Assembly (NCBI GenBank): GCA_963821285.1 | Contig: CAWGDD010000009.1 | Span: 2,431-66,430, forward strand | Direction of reading: 5' to 3' | From: an uncultured Acidobacteriota bacterium | GTDB lineage: Bacteria; Acidobacteriota; Vicinamibacteria; Vicinamibacterales; CAVVIG01 | DNA length: 64,000 nucleotides | Shown here: piece by piece, positions 17,632-25,411 of the stretch | How positions within the stretch are numbered: the stretch's first letter is position 1 | How the letters are laid out: each line of letters begins with the position of its first letter | The notes under the pieces: model-generated | The model's database searches: none | Told to the model about the DNA's origin: nothing | The model's input: only the letters and a program-made list of their open reading frames with translations | Made by a program: the position numbers and the translations under genes

Positions 17632-18510
17632 GTGTCACGGATTCTCATCGCCGCTACCGTTACGCTCGCCGCCAGTTTCTCGCCGAACCTGCTGGCGCAA
17701 TGGCCGCGTCAGATCGTCTCGAACGTGCCGAGAACGGCGGACGGCAAGGTCAACCTCGACGCACCGGTGCCGAAGACCGCTGACGGCAAGCCCGATCTTT
17801 CGGGCGTCTGGGAAACCGTTCCGTGCCGTGGCTGCGGCGTGCCGGTGATCTCGGGCCTTGGTTCGGCCCCGCCGCAGGGACGCGGCGGCGCGCCCGCGCC
17901 TCCGCCCGCGCCGGCGCCGAACCCCGGCGCCAACGTCTTCGGCAACATCGGCGGCCAGACCCAGGGCGGCGCTCCGTATCAGCCGTGGGCCGACGAGCTG
18001 GTGAAGAAGCGGATGGCGGACAACAGCAAGGACAACCCCGATGCGCATTGCCTGCCGATGGGCATCATGCAGCTCAATTCGCATCCGTTTCCCCGGAAGA
18101 TCATCCAGACCGCTTCGGAGATCGTGATCATTTACGAGGGATCCGGCACGACTGTCCGCGAGATCTTCACGGACGGCCGCGCGCTGCCCGGCAAGGATGC
18201 CGAGCCCTGGTGGAACGGCTACTCGGTCGGCCACTGGGAAGGCGACACGCTGGTCGTCGAGACCACGAACTTCATGGACGACGGCTGGCTCGACGTGCGG
18301 GGGAGTCCGCTCACCAGCGAAGGCAAGATGATCGAGCGCTTTCGCCGTACGAGCTACGGGAACCTCGAGCTGACCGTGACGATCGACGACAAGAAGGCCT
18401 ACACGAGGCCGTTTTCCGCGGTCATTCACAACCGAATCGCTCCCGATCTGCAGCTGAGCGAGTTCGTGTGCATAGACAAGGATGCCGGCCACTACGTCGG
18501 AGGGAAGTAG
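17632..18510 (+). CDS. Secreted protein of unknown function, paralog of 16493-17545
   Basis: GGGAGG lies 8 nt before the GTG at 17632. Signal peptide VSRILIAATVTLAASFSPNLLAQ. Motif GHWEGDTLVVETTNF. Confidence 0.6.
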   Translation: MSRILIAATVTLAASFSPNLLAQWPRQIVSNVPRTADGKVNLDAPVPKTADGKPDLSGVWETVPCRGCGVPVISGLGSAPPQGRGGAPAPPPAPAPNPGANVFGNIGGQTQGGAPYQPWADELVKKRMADNSKDNPDAHCLPMGIMQLNSHPFPRKIIQTASEIVIIYEGSGTTVREIFTDGRALPGKDAEPWWNGYSVGHWEGDTLVVETTNFMDDGWLDVRGSPLTSEGKMIERFRRTSYGNLELTVTIDDKKAYTRPFSAVIHNRIAPDLQLSEFVCIDKDAGHYVGGK

Positions 18511-18546
18511 GGCAGGCGGGGCGGGCAAGGCGGGCAGGTCGGGCTG
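18511..18546 (+). repeat. 9-mer tandem array, 4 x GGCGGGCAG-like
   Basis: Read directly. It starts at the nt after the stop codon at 18510, between convergent genes. Confidence 0.9.
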
Positions 18547-18550
18547 CTGC

Positions 18551-19420
18551 TCACGTCGCGACGATGTCGCGCAGCGCCGACTCGACGTCGGTGAACTGAA
18601 ACCTGAAGCCCGCCGCGGTCGCACGCCGAGGTTCGACGTACTGTCCGGTCAGCAGCACATCCGCCACTTCGCCGAGCGCCAGCCGCAACATCAGCGCAGG
18701 CACTGGCATCAACGCAGGTCGATGCAGGGCGTGGCCAAGGCCTCGCGCCAGCTGCGTCATCGTCACGGGCGCCGGCGCCGTCGCGTTGAACACCCCTGAC
18801 GCGTCCGGCCGGGTGAGCAGGAATGCGATCAGCGACGTCAAGTCGTCGATGTGGATCCACGACACCCATTGCCGGCCGCTGCCCAGCGGGCCCCCGACGC
18901 CGAGCTTGAACGGCGGCAGCATCTTCGCCAGCGCGCCGCCGCCCTGGCCGAGCACGACGCCCAGACGCACGATCGCGGTTCGGACGCCGGCGGTGGTGGC
19001 CGCACCGGTGGCCGCTTCCCATTCGCCGCACAGGCCGGCGAGGAACCCGGTTCCTTGAGGCGTCGTCTCGTCGAAGCGCGCCTCGTCGCTGGCGCCGTAG
19101 TAGCCAATCGCTGACGCGCTGATGAAGCAGGCCGGCCGCCGCTGCGCGACGAGCGCCGCGAGCCGGCGCGTGGGGTCGACCCGGCTCGACCCCAGGATTT
19201 GCTTCTGCTTCCGGCTCCAGCGCTTATCGAAGAGGTTCTCCCCGGCCAGATGAACGACGGCGTCGGCCTCCCTGACGCCCCGCGCCAGGCCATCATCCGA
19301 CCAGTCATAGCGGGCGCCCGCCCGCCGGCTCACCGGCAGCACGACGTGTCCTGCTGATTCGAGGCGGTGGGAGAGCGCCGTGCCGACGAAGCCGGTCGCG
19401 CCGGTGAGCAAGATCTTCAT
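18551..19420 (-). CDS. TIGR01777/YfcH-like NAD-dependent epimerase family protein (SDR with DUF1731-like C-terminus)
   Basis: MKILLTGATGFVGTAL, HLAGENLFDKRWS..QK, and a C-terminus typical of the family. Confidence 0.8.
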   Translation of the reverse strand: MKILLTGATGFVGTALSHRLESAGHVVLPVSRRAGARYDWSDDGLARGVREADAVVHLAGENLFDKRWSRKQKQILGSSRVDPTRRLAALVAQRRPACFISASAIGYYGASDEARFDETTPQGTGFLAGLCGEWEAATGAATTAGVRTAIVRLGVVLGQGGGALAKMLPPFKLGVGGPLGSGRQWVSWIHIDDLTSLIAFLLTRPDASGVFNATAPAPVTMTQLARGLGHALHRPALMPVPALMLRLALGEVADVLLTGQYVEPRRATAAGFRFQFTDVESALRDIVAT

Positions 19421-19959
19421 GATCGATCCTTTCTGTGGCTTCTTCGGCCGGCCGCGGCCACGAGCACTTTCAGGCCGAGGCGGTTCACCATGCCGCCTTT
19501 GAGGAACGATTCGGCCATCGAATCCGCCAGGCCGACCAGGGCTTCGAGGGCCTTCAGGCGGTCACGAAAGACCTGGGCGTCGGGCGATCGGTCGGCGGTA
19601 AGCTTGGGAATCCACGTTCGCAGGTGTTCGAGAATCGGATCCCACTCACGGCGCTTGCGCGTCTGCACGATGTTCCGAATCGCCTTTTCGAGATCCGTCT
19701 CCGGCCGGTAGGACGACTGGCGGGAGCCCGACGCGCGGTCGTCGTGGATGAGGCCCCAGTCGCGGAGTTCGCGGCAGGCCATGCTGACGGCGCCGCGGCT
19801 GAGGCCGAGGCCTTCGACGATGTCGTCCGCGGTGGCGCTGTCGGGGCGGGACAGCAGCCAGCCGTAGACGCGCGCGGTCGTGGGCGGGACGCCCCAGAAG
19901 GGCCCCATGCTGCCCCAGAGCCGCACGAACTCCTCGCGTACTGCTTCCGTTTCGGTCAT
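19417..19959 (-). CDS. GbsR/MarR-type winged-helix transcriptional regulator
   Basis: FVRLWGSMGPFWGVPPTTARVYGWLLSRPDSATADDIVEGLGLSRGAVSMACRELRDWGLI. 4-nt overlap with the downstream gene. Confidence 0.7.
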   Translation of the reverse strand: MTETEAVREEFVRLWGSMGPFWGVPPTTARVYGWLLSRPDSATADDIVEGLGLSRGAVSMACRELRDWGLIHDDRASGSRQSSYRPETDLEKAIRNIVQTRKRREWDPILEHLRTWIPKLTADRSPDAQVFRDRLKALEALVGLADSMAESFLKGGMVNRLGLKVLVAAAGRRSHRKDRS

Positions 19960-19981
19960 GGGGCATCATACACACAAGCGG

Positions 19982-20006
19982 ATTGAAATTTCAATAATTA
20001 TTGAAA
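19982..20006. promoter_or_regulatory. AT-rich overlapping palindromes (TTGAAATTTCAA; perfect 18-mer TTTCAATAATTATTGAAA), candidate operator of the GbsR/MarR-type gene
   Basis: The perfect palindrome at 19989-20006 lies 30 nt upstream of the start at 19959. The local AT-richness is striking in a 67% GC context. Confidence 0.5.
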
Positions 20007-20037
20007 CTTATACAATATGACCGGCGGGGCACTCATG

Positions 20038-20127
20038 CGGGCGGGTCGGGCCTGACGGGCGGGCCGGGCAGGGCTGGCGGGTCAGGGGTCGGGCGGGTCG
20101 GGCGAGGCAGGCGGGTCGGGCAGGCTT
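20038..20127 (+). repeat. 9-mer tandem array, about 10 x GGGCGGGTC/GGGCAGGGC-like
   Basis: Read directly. It lies downstream of tRNA-Leu. Confidence 0.85.
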
Positions 20128-20206
20128 GCCGAGCCGAGGCTTGCTCCTACGGGTCCTTGCGTGGCTGGCTTGCCAGCCGAAGCTCACGCTCAGCGTCAGC
20201 GCGCGT

Positions 20207-20295
20207 GAGCGAAGGCTGGTGCCGGAGGAGGGAATCGAACCCTCACGGGGGGTGACCCCCACGGGATTTTGAGTCCCGCGCGTCTGCCAGTTTCA
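20207..20295 (-). tRNA. tRNA-Leu (anticodon CAA), class II with long variable arm, CCA encoded
   Basis: Reverse complement GCCGGAG...CGGGA-CTCAAAA-TCCCG...GAGGGTTCGATTCCCTC-CTCCGGC-A-CCA. Acceptor, anticodon and T arms pair correctly. Confidence 0.95.
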
Positions 20296-20495
20296 CCACT
20301 CCGGCCGGAAGTGGGGGAGTCCTGCAGTATACCGCCCAACTTCGCCTTACTGAGCCACTTAGCTCACCACTTGCGCCGATTGACGGCTGCGCAGACCGGG
20401 GCGTCTGCGCCCAATATCCGTTCGTTCGGCGACTTCTCTTTGCAACCTTTCACCAGGCAAAACTGCGAAAACGCCCATGTTTTCGGCCCTTTCTC

Positions 20496-20524
20496 GTTGT
20501 TTTTCGGGGGTGACTGCGCTACAC
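20496..20524 (+). promoter_or_regulatory. Candidate carD promoter TTGTTT-17 nt-TACACT
   Basis: Spacing read directly. The hexamers are only moderate matches to sigma-70 consensus. Confidence 0.3.
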
Positions 20525-20584
20525 TTAGAAGGCTGCCGGGACGCTGTCCAGCCTTCCATACAGCACTTCCAGTCAGGGGGAACC

Positions 20585-21172
20585 GTGACATTTGAGGTCG
20601 GAGACAAGGTCATTTACCCGAACCATGGTCTCGGGATCGTCGAACGCATCGAAGAGAAGACCATTCTCGGCACTACCTGCGGTTTCTATCACCTTCGTAT
20701 CGTCGCCAACGAAACCATCGTGCTCGTTCCCATCGCCAACGTCGACGGCGTCGGCCTCCGCCGCGCTATCAGCGATATGGAAGTCGAACGCCTGTTCGGC
20801 CTGCTCGGCGATGGCAAGATCGACAACCATCAGAACTGGAAGGGGCGCTTCAAGGACAACTCCGACAAGATGCGCAGCGGCTCGATCTACGACGTGGCCG
20901 ATGTGCTCAAGAGCCTGACGTTCCTGGCCAAATCCAAGAGCCTGTCGTTCCGCGAAAAGCGCATGCTCGACCGCGCCAAGTTCCTCGTGGTCTCCGAAGT
21001 CTCCGAAGTGATGCGCGAAACGGCGCCCGCCATCGAAGCGCAGGTCGACCGCGCCCTCGAGCGCTGCTTTTCGACCAAGGCGCGGACCATGGCCCGCGCG
21101 AAGGTCGTGAAGGTGGCCCCGCGCGTCGCGGCCCCGGCCGCGGCTCCCCGGCGCGCCGCACGCGCTAGCTGA
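20585..21172 (+). CDS. carD: CarD-family (CdnL) RNA-polymerase-binding transcriptional regulator
   Basis: FEVGDKVIYPNHGLGIVERIEEK...YHLRI...VLVP, followed by a helical C-terminal domain. GTG start follows GGGGAACC. Confidence 0.9.
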   Translation: MTFEVGDKVIYPNHGLGIVERIEEKTILGTTCGFYHLRIVANETIVLVPIANVDGVGLRRAISDMEVERLFGLLGDGKIDNHQNWKGRFKDNSDKMRSGSIYDVADVLKSLTFLAKSKSLSFREKRMLDRAKFLVVSEVSEVMRETAPAIEAQVDRALERCFSTKARTMARAKVVKVAPRVAAPAAAPRRAARAS

Positions 21173-21207
21173 ACTTAGAAGTTAGAAGTTAGAAGTTAGA
21201 AGTTAGA
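21173..21207 (+). repeat. Heptamer tandem array, 5 x AGTTAGA
   Basis: Starts at the nt after the carD stop codon. Confidence 0.95.
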
Positions 21208-21209
21208 AC

Positions 21210-21248
21210 GCCCGCTGTGGCACCAACCGCAGCGGGCGTTTTTCATTT
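21210..21248 (+). terminator. Intrinsic terminator after carD
   Basis: 10-bp stem CCCGCTGTGG / CCGCAGCGGG (one G-U pair), loop CACCAA, then CGTTTTTCATTTT. Confidence 0.8.
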
Positions 21249-21255
21249 TGTAGCA

Positions 21256-21296
21256 ACCTGCCGACTGCCGACTGCGGACTGCCGACTGCCACTGCT
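21256..21296 (+). repeat. Heptamer tandem array, about 6 x GACTGCC
   Basis: Read directly, between the carD terminator and the plsC-like start. Confidence 0.9.
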
Positions 21297-21308
21297 ATCA
21301 TTGGCCCC

Positions 21309-22037
21309 GTGCTCATCGCCGCGGTTCGTTCCGCGATCACCTACGTCGCCGTTTCCCTCTACGTGCTCGTCACCGGCCTGGTCGGCATGCTGCTGGCGAC
21401 GCTGTTTGGCTGGGTCGGGCTCCTGTACATCTTCGGGCACGGAGGCGTGTACCTCGGCCTCTGGCTGTGCGGGATCCGGTTCAAGGTGGCAGGCCAGGAA
21501 CACCTTCCGCTCGATCGCGCCGCCGTCTACTGCTCCAACCACGAGAGTAACGTCGATCCACCGCTGCTCTTCACGGCGCTCCACCCGCGGATGCACATTC
21601 TCTACAAGCACGAGATCGACCAGATTCCGGTGCTCGCGCGGGCGTTCCGCATGGGCGGCTTCATCCCCATCGACCGCCGCAACAAGGAATCGGCGATGCG
21701 GTCGATCGAGAAGGGCGCGGCCGCGATTCGTTCGGGCAGTTCGTTCCTGATTTTTCCGGAAGGCACGAGGAGCCGGACCGGGGAGATGCTGCCGTTCAAG
21801 AAGGGCGGCTTCGTGATGGCGATCAAGGCCGGCGCGCCCATCGTGCCGATCGCCATTTCGGGCGGCCGTGCGGCGATGCAGCGGGGCAGCGCCATCATCC
21901 GTCCGGTCAGGATCAGCATCCGCGTCGGACCGCCGGTCGAGACCGCGCACGTCGACCTCAACGACCGCGACGCCCTCATCGCCGACGTCCGGCAACGAAT
22001 CGAAGCCCTGCTGCGAGAGGGACCTGTTGTAAGCTGA
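21309..22037 (+). CDS. plsC: 1-acyl-sn-glycerol-3-phosphate acyltransferase
   Basis: HX4D motif NHESNVDPP, plus FPEGTRS and a PIVPIAI block. GTG start. Confidence 0.85.
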   Translation: MLIAAVRSAITYVAVSLYVLVTGLVGMLLATLFGWVGLLYIFGHGGVYLGLWLCGIRFKVAGQEHLPLDRAAVYCSNHESNVDPPLLFTALHPRMHILYKHEIDQIPVLARAFRMGGFIPIDRRNKESAMRSIEKGAAAIRSGSSFLIFPEGTRSRTGEMLPFKKGGFVMAIKAGAPIVPIAISGGRAAMQRGSAIIRPVRISIRVGPPVETAHVDLNDRDALIADVRQRIEALLREGPVVS

Positions 22038-22044
22038 GGGTGTC

Positions 22045-24153
22045 TTGAGGCTGTCAGTTGCGATCGCGATCGGCGCCTCGGCCGCGGTCCTCGCCGCTGG
22101 ACAGGACCAGCAGCCGCCTCCGCCCCAGCCCCCGCCTCAGCCAACGTTCCGCGCCGAAGCCAACTACGTCCGCGTGGACGTCTACCCGACGCTCGATGGC
22201 GCCCCGGTGGCGGACCTGCGCCAGGACGAGTTCGAGGTCTCCGAAGACCGCGTCGTCCAGAAGGTCGAGCAGTTCGAGCGCATCGTCATCGCCGGCGGGG
22301 CCGGGCAGCCGGGCCGGCCAGAACCCAATACCGTCGAGGAATCGCGCCGCGCCGTCCAGGACCCGCGCGCGCGCGTCTTCGTGCTGTTCCTGGACCTCAA
22401 GCACGTCGAAGGCGACGCGTCGCGCACGATTGCCAGGCCCCTCGTGAAGGCGCTCAACAGCCTGATCGGTCCCGACGACTACGTGGCCGCGATGACGCCA
22501 GGCATGTCGGCTCGCGACATCACCTTCGCGCGCCGCAGGACCTCGATCGAGGGCCTGCTCTCGCGGGAGTGGTGGGGTGAACGGGACCGGGTGAATTTCA
22601 GCGACCCGGTCGAGAACGAGTACGCGCTCTGCTATCCGGGCGTGCCGTCATCCGGTCAGGCTGACGCATCCGACAAGGGCATTGCCCAGGAGATGATCCT
22701 CCGCCGGCGCGAAAAGCAGACGCTGGACGCGTTCGAGGACCTCGCGACGTTCCTGCGGGACGTGCGCGAGGAGCGGAAGGCTGTCATCACGATCACGGAC
22801 GGCTGGCGGCTTTACACGCCCGATCGGACCCTTGCGCGGCCGCTCGACAACGTCAGCCCGCCGATGGCCACCGTGAATGTCGACCCGCGAAACGGCAGGC
22901 TGACGACCAGGGACACGCCGAACACCACGGGCAACATACGCGCGAGGTGCGAGGCGGATCGCTACACGCTGTCCGAACTGAACGACCAGCAGCGCATCCG
23001 GACGATTTACGACGAGGCCAACCGCGCGAACGTCTCGTTCTATCCGATCGACCCGCGCGGCCTCGTCGTGTTCGACGAGCCGATTGTCCCGACGGCGGGC
23101 GTCGGATTCGGCCGCAACGCCAACCCGACGCTGTCGTTGACGGAGGAGAATGCGCGGGTGTTCGAGCGGAGCACGTCGCTGCGCGGGCTGGCCGAGGCGA
23201 CCGACGGGCTCGCCATCGTCGGCACGAACGAGATCGAGAAGGGCTTCAAGCGCATCATCGACGACATGAGCGCGTACTACCTGCTCGGGTACTACTCGAC
23301 CGGGAAGCTCGACGGCCGGTTCCACTCGATTCGGGTCCGCGTCAAACGTCCCGGCGTGGAAGTACGGGCCCGCCGCGGCTACCTGGCGCCGAGCGCGGCC
23401 GACGCCGCCCGCGGCCTGCCCAGGGCTCCCACGCCGGGCGCGCCCGGCGCGGAGAACGCCATCGCCACCGCCGCCGCCGCCGCGGTCGCCACGCTGCCTG
23501 CCGCGGTCCGTGACCAGCCGCTCCGCGTGCACGTGACGGCGGGCTGGCGGCCGGGCGGCGAGGGCTCCGGTGGGCAGCCGCAGGCCGCTTTCTGGACCGT
23601 CACCGAAGTCGCCGATCGCATTCCCGGAAGCGAAATCGAGACCCTGCTGATGCGTCGCGGCGAAGTGGTCGGGTCGGCTCGCGGACGCATCGCGCCCGGT
23701 GCCATCAGCCTGCTGATGCCCATGGTCGCGACCGGTCGCCTGGACCAGGGCGATTATCAGATTCGAGTGCGCAGCCAGACGCCGAGCGGCGTCGAGACGC
23801 TGACCGTGCCCGTCACCTTACCGCCGGCGTCGTCGGCGTCCGGAGCCGTCTACCTGCGGCGCGGGCCGTCATCGGGAAACAAGGATCTGCCGACGGCCGA
23901 CCTCAGGTACCGCCGGAGCGATCGGCTGCACGTCGAGGTGCCGTCGGCGGCCGCCTCGGCCACGGCACGGTTGCTCGATCGCACCGGGAAGCCTTTTCCG
24001 GTCCCCGTGGCCTCCTCGATGCGCGACGATGCAGACGGTTCGCGCTGGGCGAGCGCCGAGGTCGCGCTCGCGCCGCTGGCGCCCGGGGACTATCTGATCG
24101 AAGTGTCAGCGGACTCCACGCGAACGCTGGTGCCGTTCAGGCTTGTGCCGTAG
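22045..24153 (+). CDS. VWA-domain protein with the acidobacterial VWFA-related N-terminal domain
   Basis: FRAEANYVRVDVYPTLDGAPVADLRQDEFEVSEDRVVQKV resembles the TIGR03436-type domain. 702 aa, signal-like N-terminus, TTG start. Confidence 0.7.
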   Translation: MRLSVAIAIGASAAVLAAGQDQQPPPPQPPPQPTFRAEANYVRVDVYPTLDGAPVADLRQDEFEVSEDRVVQKVEQFERIVIAGGAGQPGRPEPNTVEESRRAVQDPRARVFVLFLDLKHVEGDASRTIARPLVKALNSLIGPDDYVAAMTPGMSARDITFARRRTSIEGLLSREWWGERDRVNFSDPVENEYALCYPGVPSSGQADASDKGIAQEMILRRREKQTLDAFEDLATFLRDVREERKAVITITDGWRLYTPDRTLARPLDNVSPPMATVNVDPRNGRLTTRDTPNTTGNIRARCEADRYTLSELNDQQRIRTIYDEANRANVSFYPIDPRGLVVFDEPIVPTAGVGFGRNANPTLSLTEENARVFERSTSLRGLAEATDGLAIVGTNEIEKGFKRIIDDMSAYYLLGYYSTGKLDGRFHSIRVRVKRPGVEVRARRGYLAPSAADAARGLPRAPTPGAPGAENAIATAAAAAVATLPAAVRDQPLRVHVTAGWRPGGEGSGGQPQAAFWTVTEVADRIPGSEIETLLMRRGEVVGSARGRIAPGAISLLMPMVATGRLDQGDYQIRVRSQTPSGVETLTVPVTLPPASSASGAVYLRRGPSSGNKDLPTADLRYRRSDRLHVEVPSAAASATARLLDRTGKPFPVPVASSMRDDADGSRWASAEVALAPLAPGDYLIEVSADSTRTLVPFRLVP

Positions 24154-24164
24154 AGGATCCGTAC

Positions 24165-24206
24165 GGTTCAGGGTTCAGGGTTCAGGGTTCAAGGTTCAGG
24201 GTTCAC
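24165..24206 (+). repeat. Heptamer tandem array, 6 x GGTTCAG
   Basis: Read directly, between convergent genes. It is the complement of the array at 42224. Confidence 0.95.
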
Positions 24207-24210
24207 CGTT

Positions 24211-25347
24211 CTACTGAGCTCCACCCAGGTCGAAGCTCAACACCCACGGCTTGAGCGGCTGCTTGTCGGTACCCAGGATCCCCTCGCCGAGCTCGATGCG
24301 AATCGTCCGGAACCGCTCGAGCGGTTTCGTGAATTTCAACTCCAGCATGCGGCTGGCCCCGGTGTACTGCGTCGTGAACTCGGCGGTCGGCGTCGTCGGT
24401 TCGCCTCGCTCGGCCGTCTGCGCGTCGAGATAGCGCACGCGCAGGTTGCCGCGGATCGTGGACTGATCGATCTCGCGCGAAAACTGAATCCGGACGGTCG
24501 TGCTCATCGAGACGTCCGTTTCGTCCTGCGTCGGGGCGCTGAAGATCACTTCCGGCGGCGGCGCGGCCGACACGCGAATAGGCTCCGTGTCCACGGCCGG
24601 CGCCTCGGTCGGCGCCTTGCCGAGCTGGATCCCGTTCTCCCCGACCTCGAGCCACTCGAGTCCGCGGCCGGTCTTGACGGTGCCGGTGATTTCGAGCCAT
24701 CGGCCGGTGTCGATCCGGGCGTCCAGCGACAGATTGAAACCCTTGCCCTTCGGCTGCGCGCCGCTGATCCAGATAGCCGCGTCCGCCGATCGCACCACGA
24801 AGTCGTACCGGCTCTTGCCCGGCGCGTCCGGGAGGTCGCCGAAGAGGTTCCTGCCGCCGAACTGTCCGATGATCGTCACCTTCTGATCGACGAACCGTGT
24901 CGGGTGCAGTGCGATGGACCGGATCGAAGCGTTGGGCGGCAGCTGCGCCTGCGTCACGGAGGTGGCGATGATGGCCGTCACTTCGCCCGGTCGAGGCCAC
25001 GACCCGATCTGGTCGATGTTGAACGTGCGCTTCAGGTCGTAGCTCGAAAGCTGAGGATCGTCGGGCTTCATCCGGCCGATGTCCCAGAACTCGCCGCGGA
25101 CCTCGTCCAGGCCATCCGGCGTGGGGCCTTTCGAGAGCAGGCGGATGGACGCGTTGTCGTCCGCCACCCGCGCGCCGGCCTCCGTCGTGGTCACGGTGCC
25201 GACGATGAGAATCGGGCGGCCGTGGTAGAAGCCTGGGTAGGCTGCCAGCGAGGCGAGATTGGTCGAACGGCGCGTGGCCGTCTGCGCGGAGACGACGCCC
25301 GGCAGGGTCGCGAGAGCAACGACGAGCCCAATGAGAGTTCGCTGCAT
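24211..25347 (-). CDS. Secreted protein with C-terminal Ig-like (SbsA_Ig/Big_5-like) domain
   Basis: Signal peptide MQRTLIGLVVALATLPGVVSAQ. C-terminus APTQDETDVSMSTTVRIQFSREID..TIRGN. Function unknown. Confidence 0.5.
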   Translation of the reverse strand: MQRTLIGLVVALATLPGVVSAQTATRRSTNLASLAAYPGFYHGRPILIVGTVTTTEAGARVADDNASIRLLSKGPTPDGLDEVRGEFWDIGRMKPDDPQLSSYDLKRTFNIDQIGSWPRPGEVTAIIATSVTQAQLPPNASIRSIALHPTRFVDQKVTIIGQFGGRNLFGDLPDAPGKSRYDFVVRSADAAIWISGAQPKGKGFNLSLDARIDTGRWLEITGTVKTGRGLEWLEVGENGIQLGKAPTEAPAVDTEPIRVSAAPPPEVIFSAPTQDETDVSMSTTVRIQFSREIDQSTIRGNLRVRYLDAQTAERGEPTTPTAEFTTQYTGASRMLELKFTKPLERFRTIRIELGEGILGTDKQPLKPWVLSFDLGGAQ

Positions 25348-25365
25348 CCTGCCTTCTAGTGTAGC

Positions 25366-25411
25366 GCGGCCCTTTCAGGGCCGCGGCGCTGGCGGGCCTG
25401 AAAGGCCCGCC
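25366..25411. repeat. Two tandem REP-like GC hairpins (GCGGCCC-TTTCA-GGGCCGC; GGCGGGCC-TGAAA-GGCCCGCC)
   Basis: Read directly. They lie between the OPT gene stop and the next gene start on the minus strand. Confidence 0.85.

Noticed and set aside
18482-18799. ORFs reading through the 9-mer GC arrays (18482-18799, 20001-20255, 20008-20262, 32415-32738) as Gly/Arg/Ala-repeat proteins
   Set aside because: They have no start context. They overlap better-supported genes, the tRNA or arrays in arbitrary frames, and their composition is simply the translation of the GC-rich repeat.
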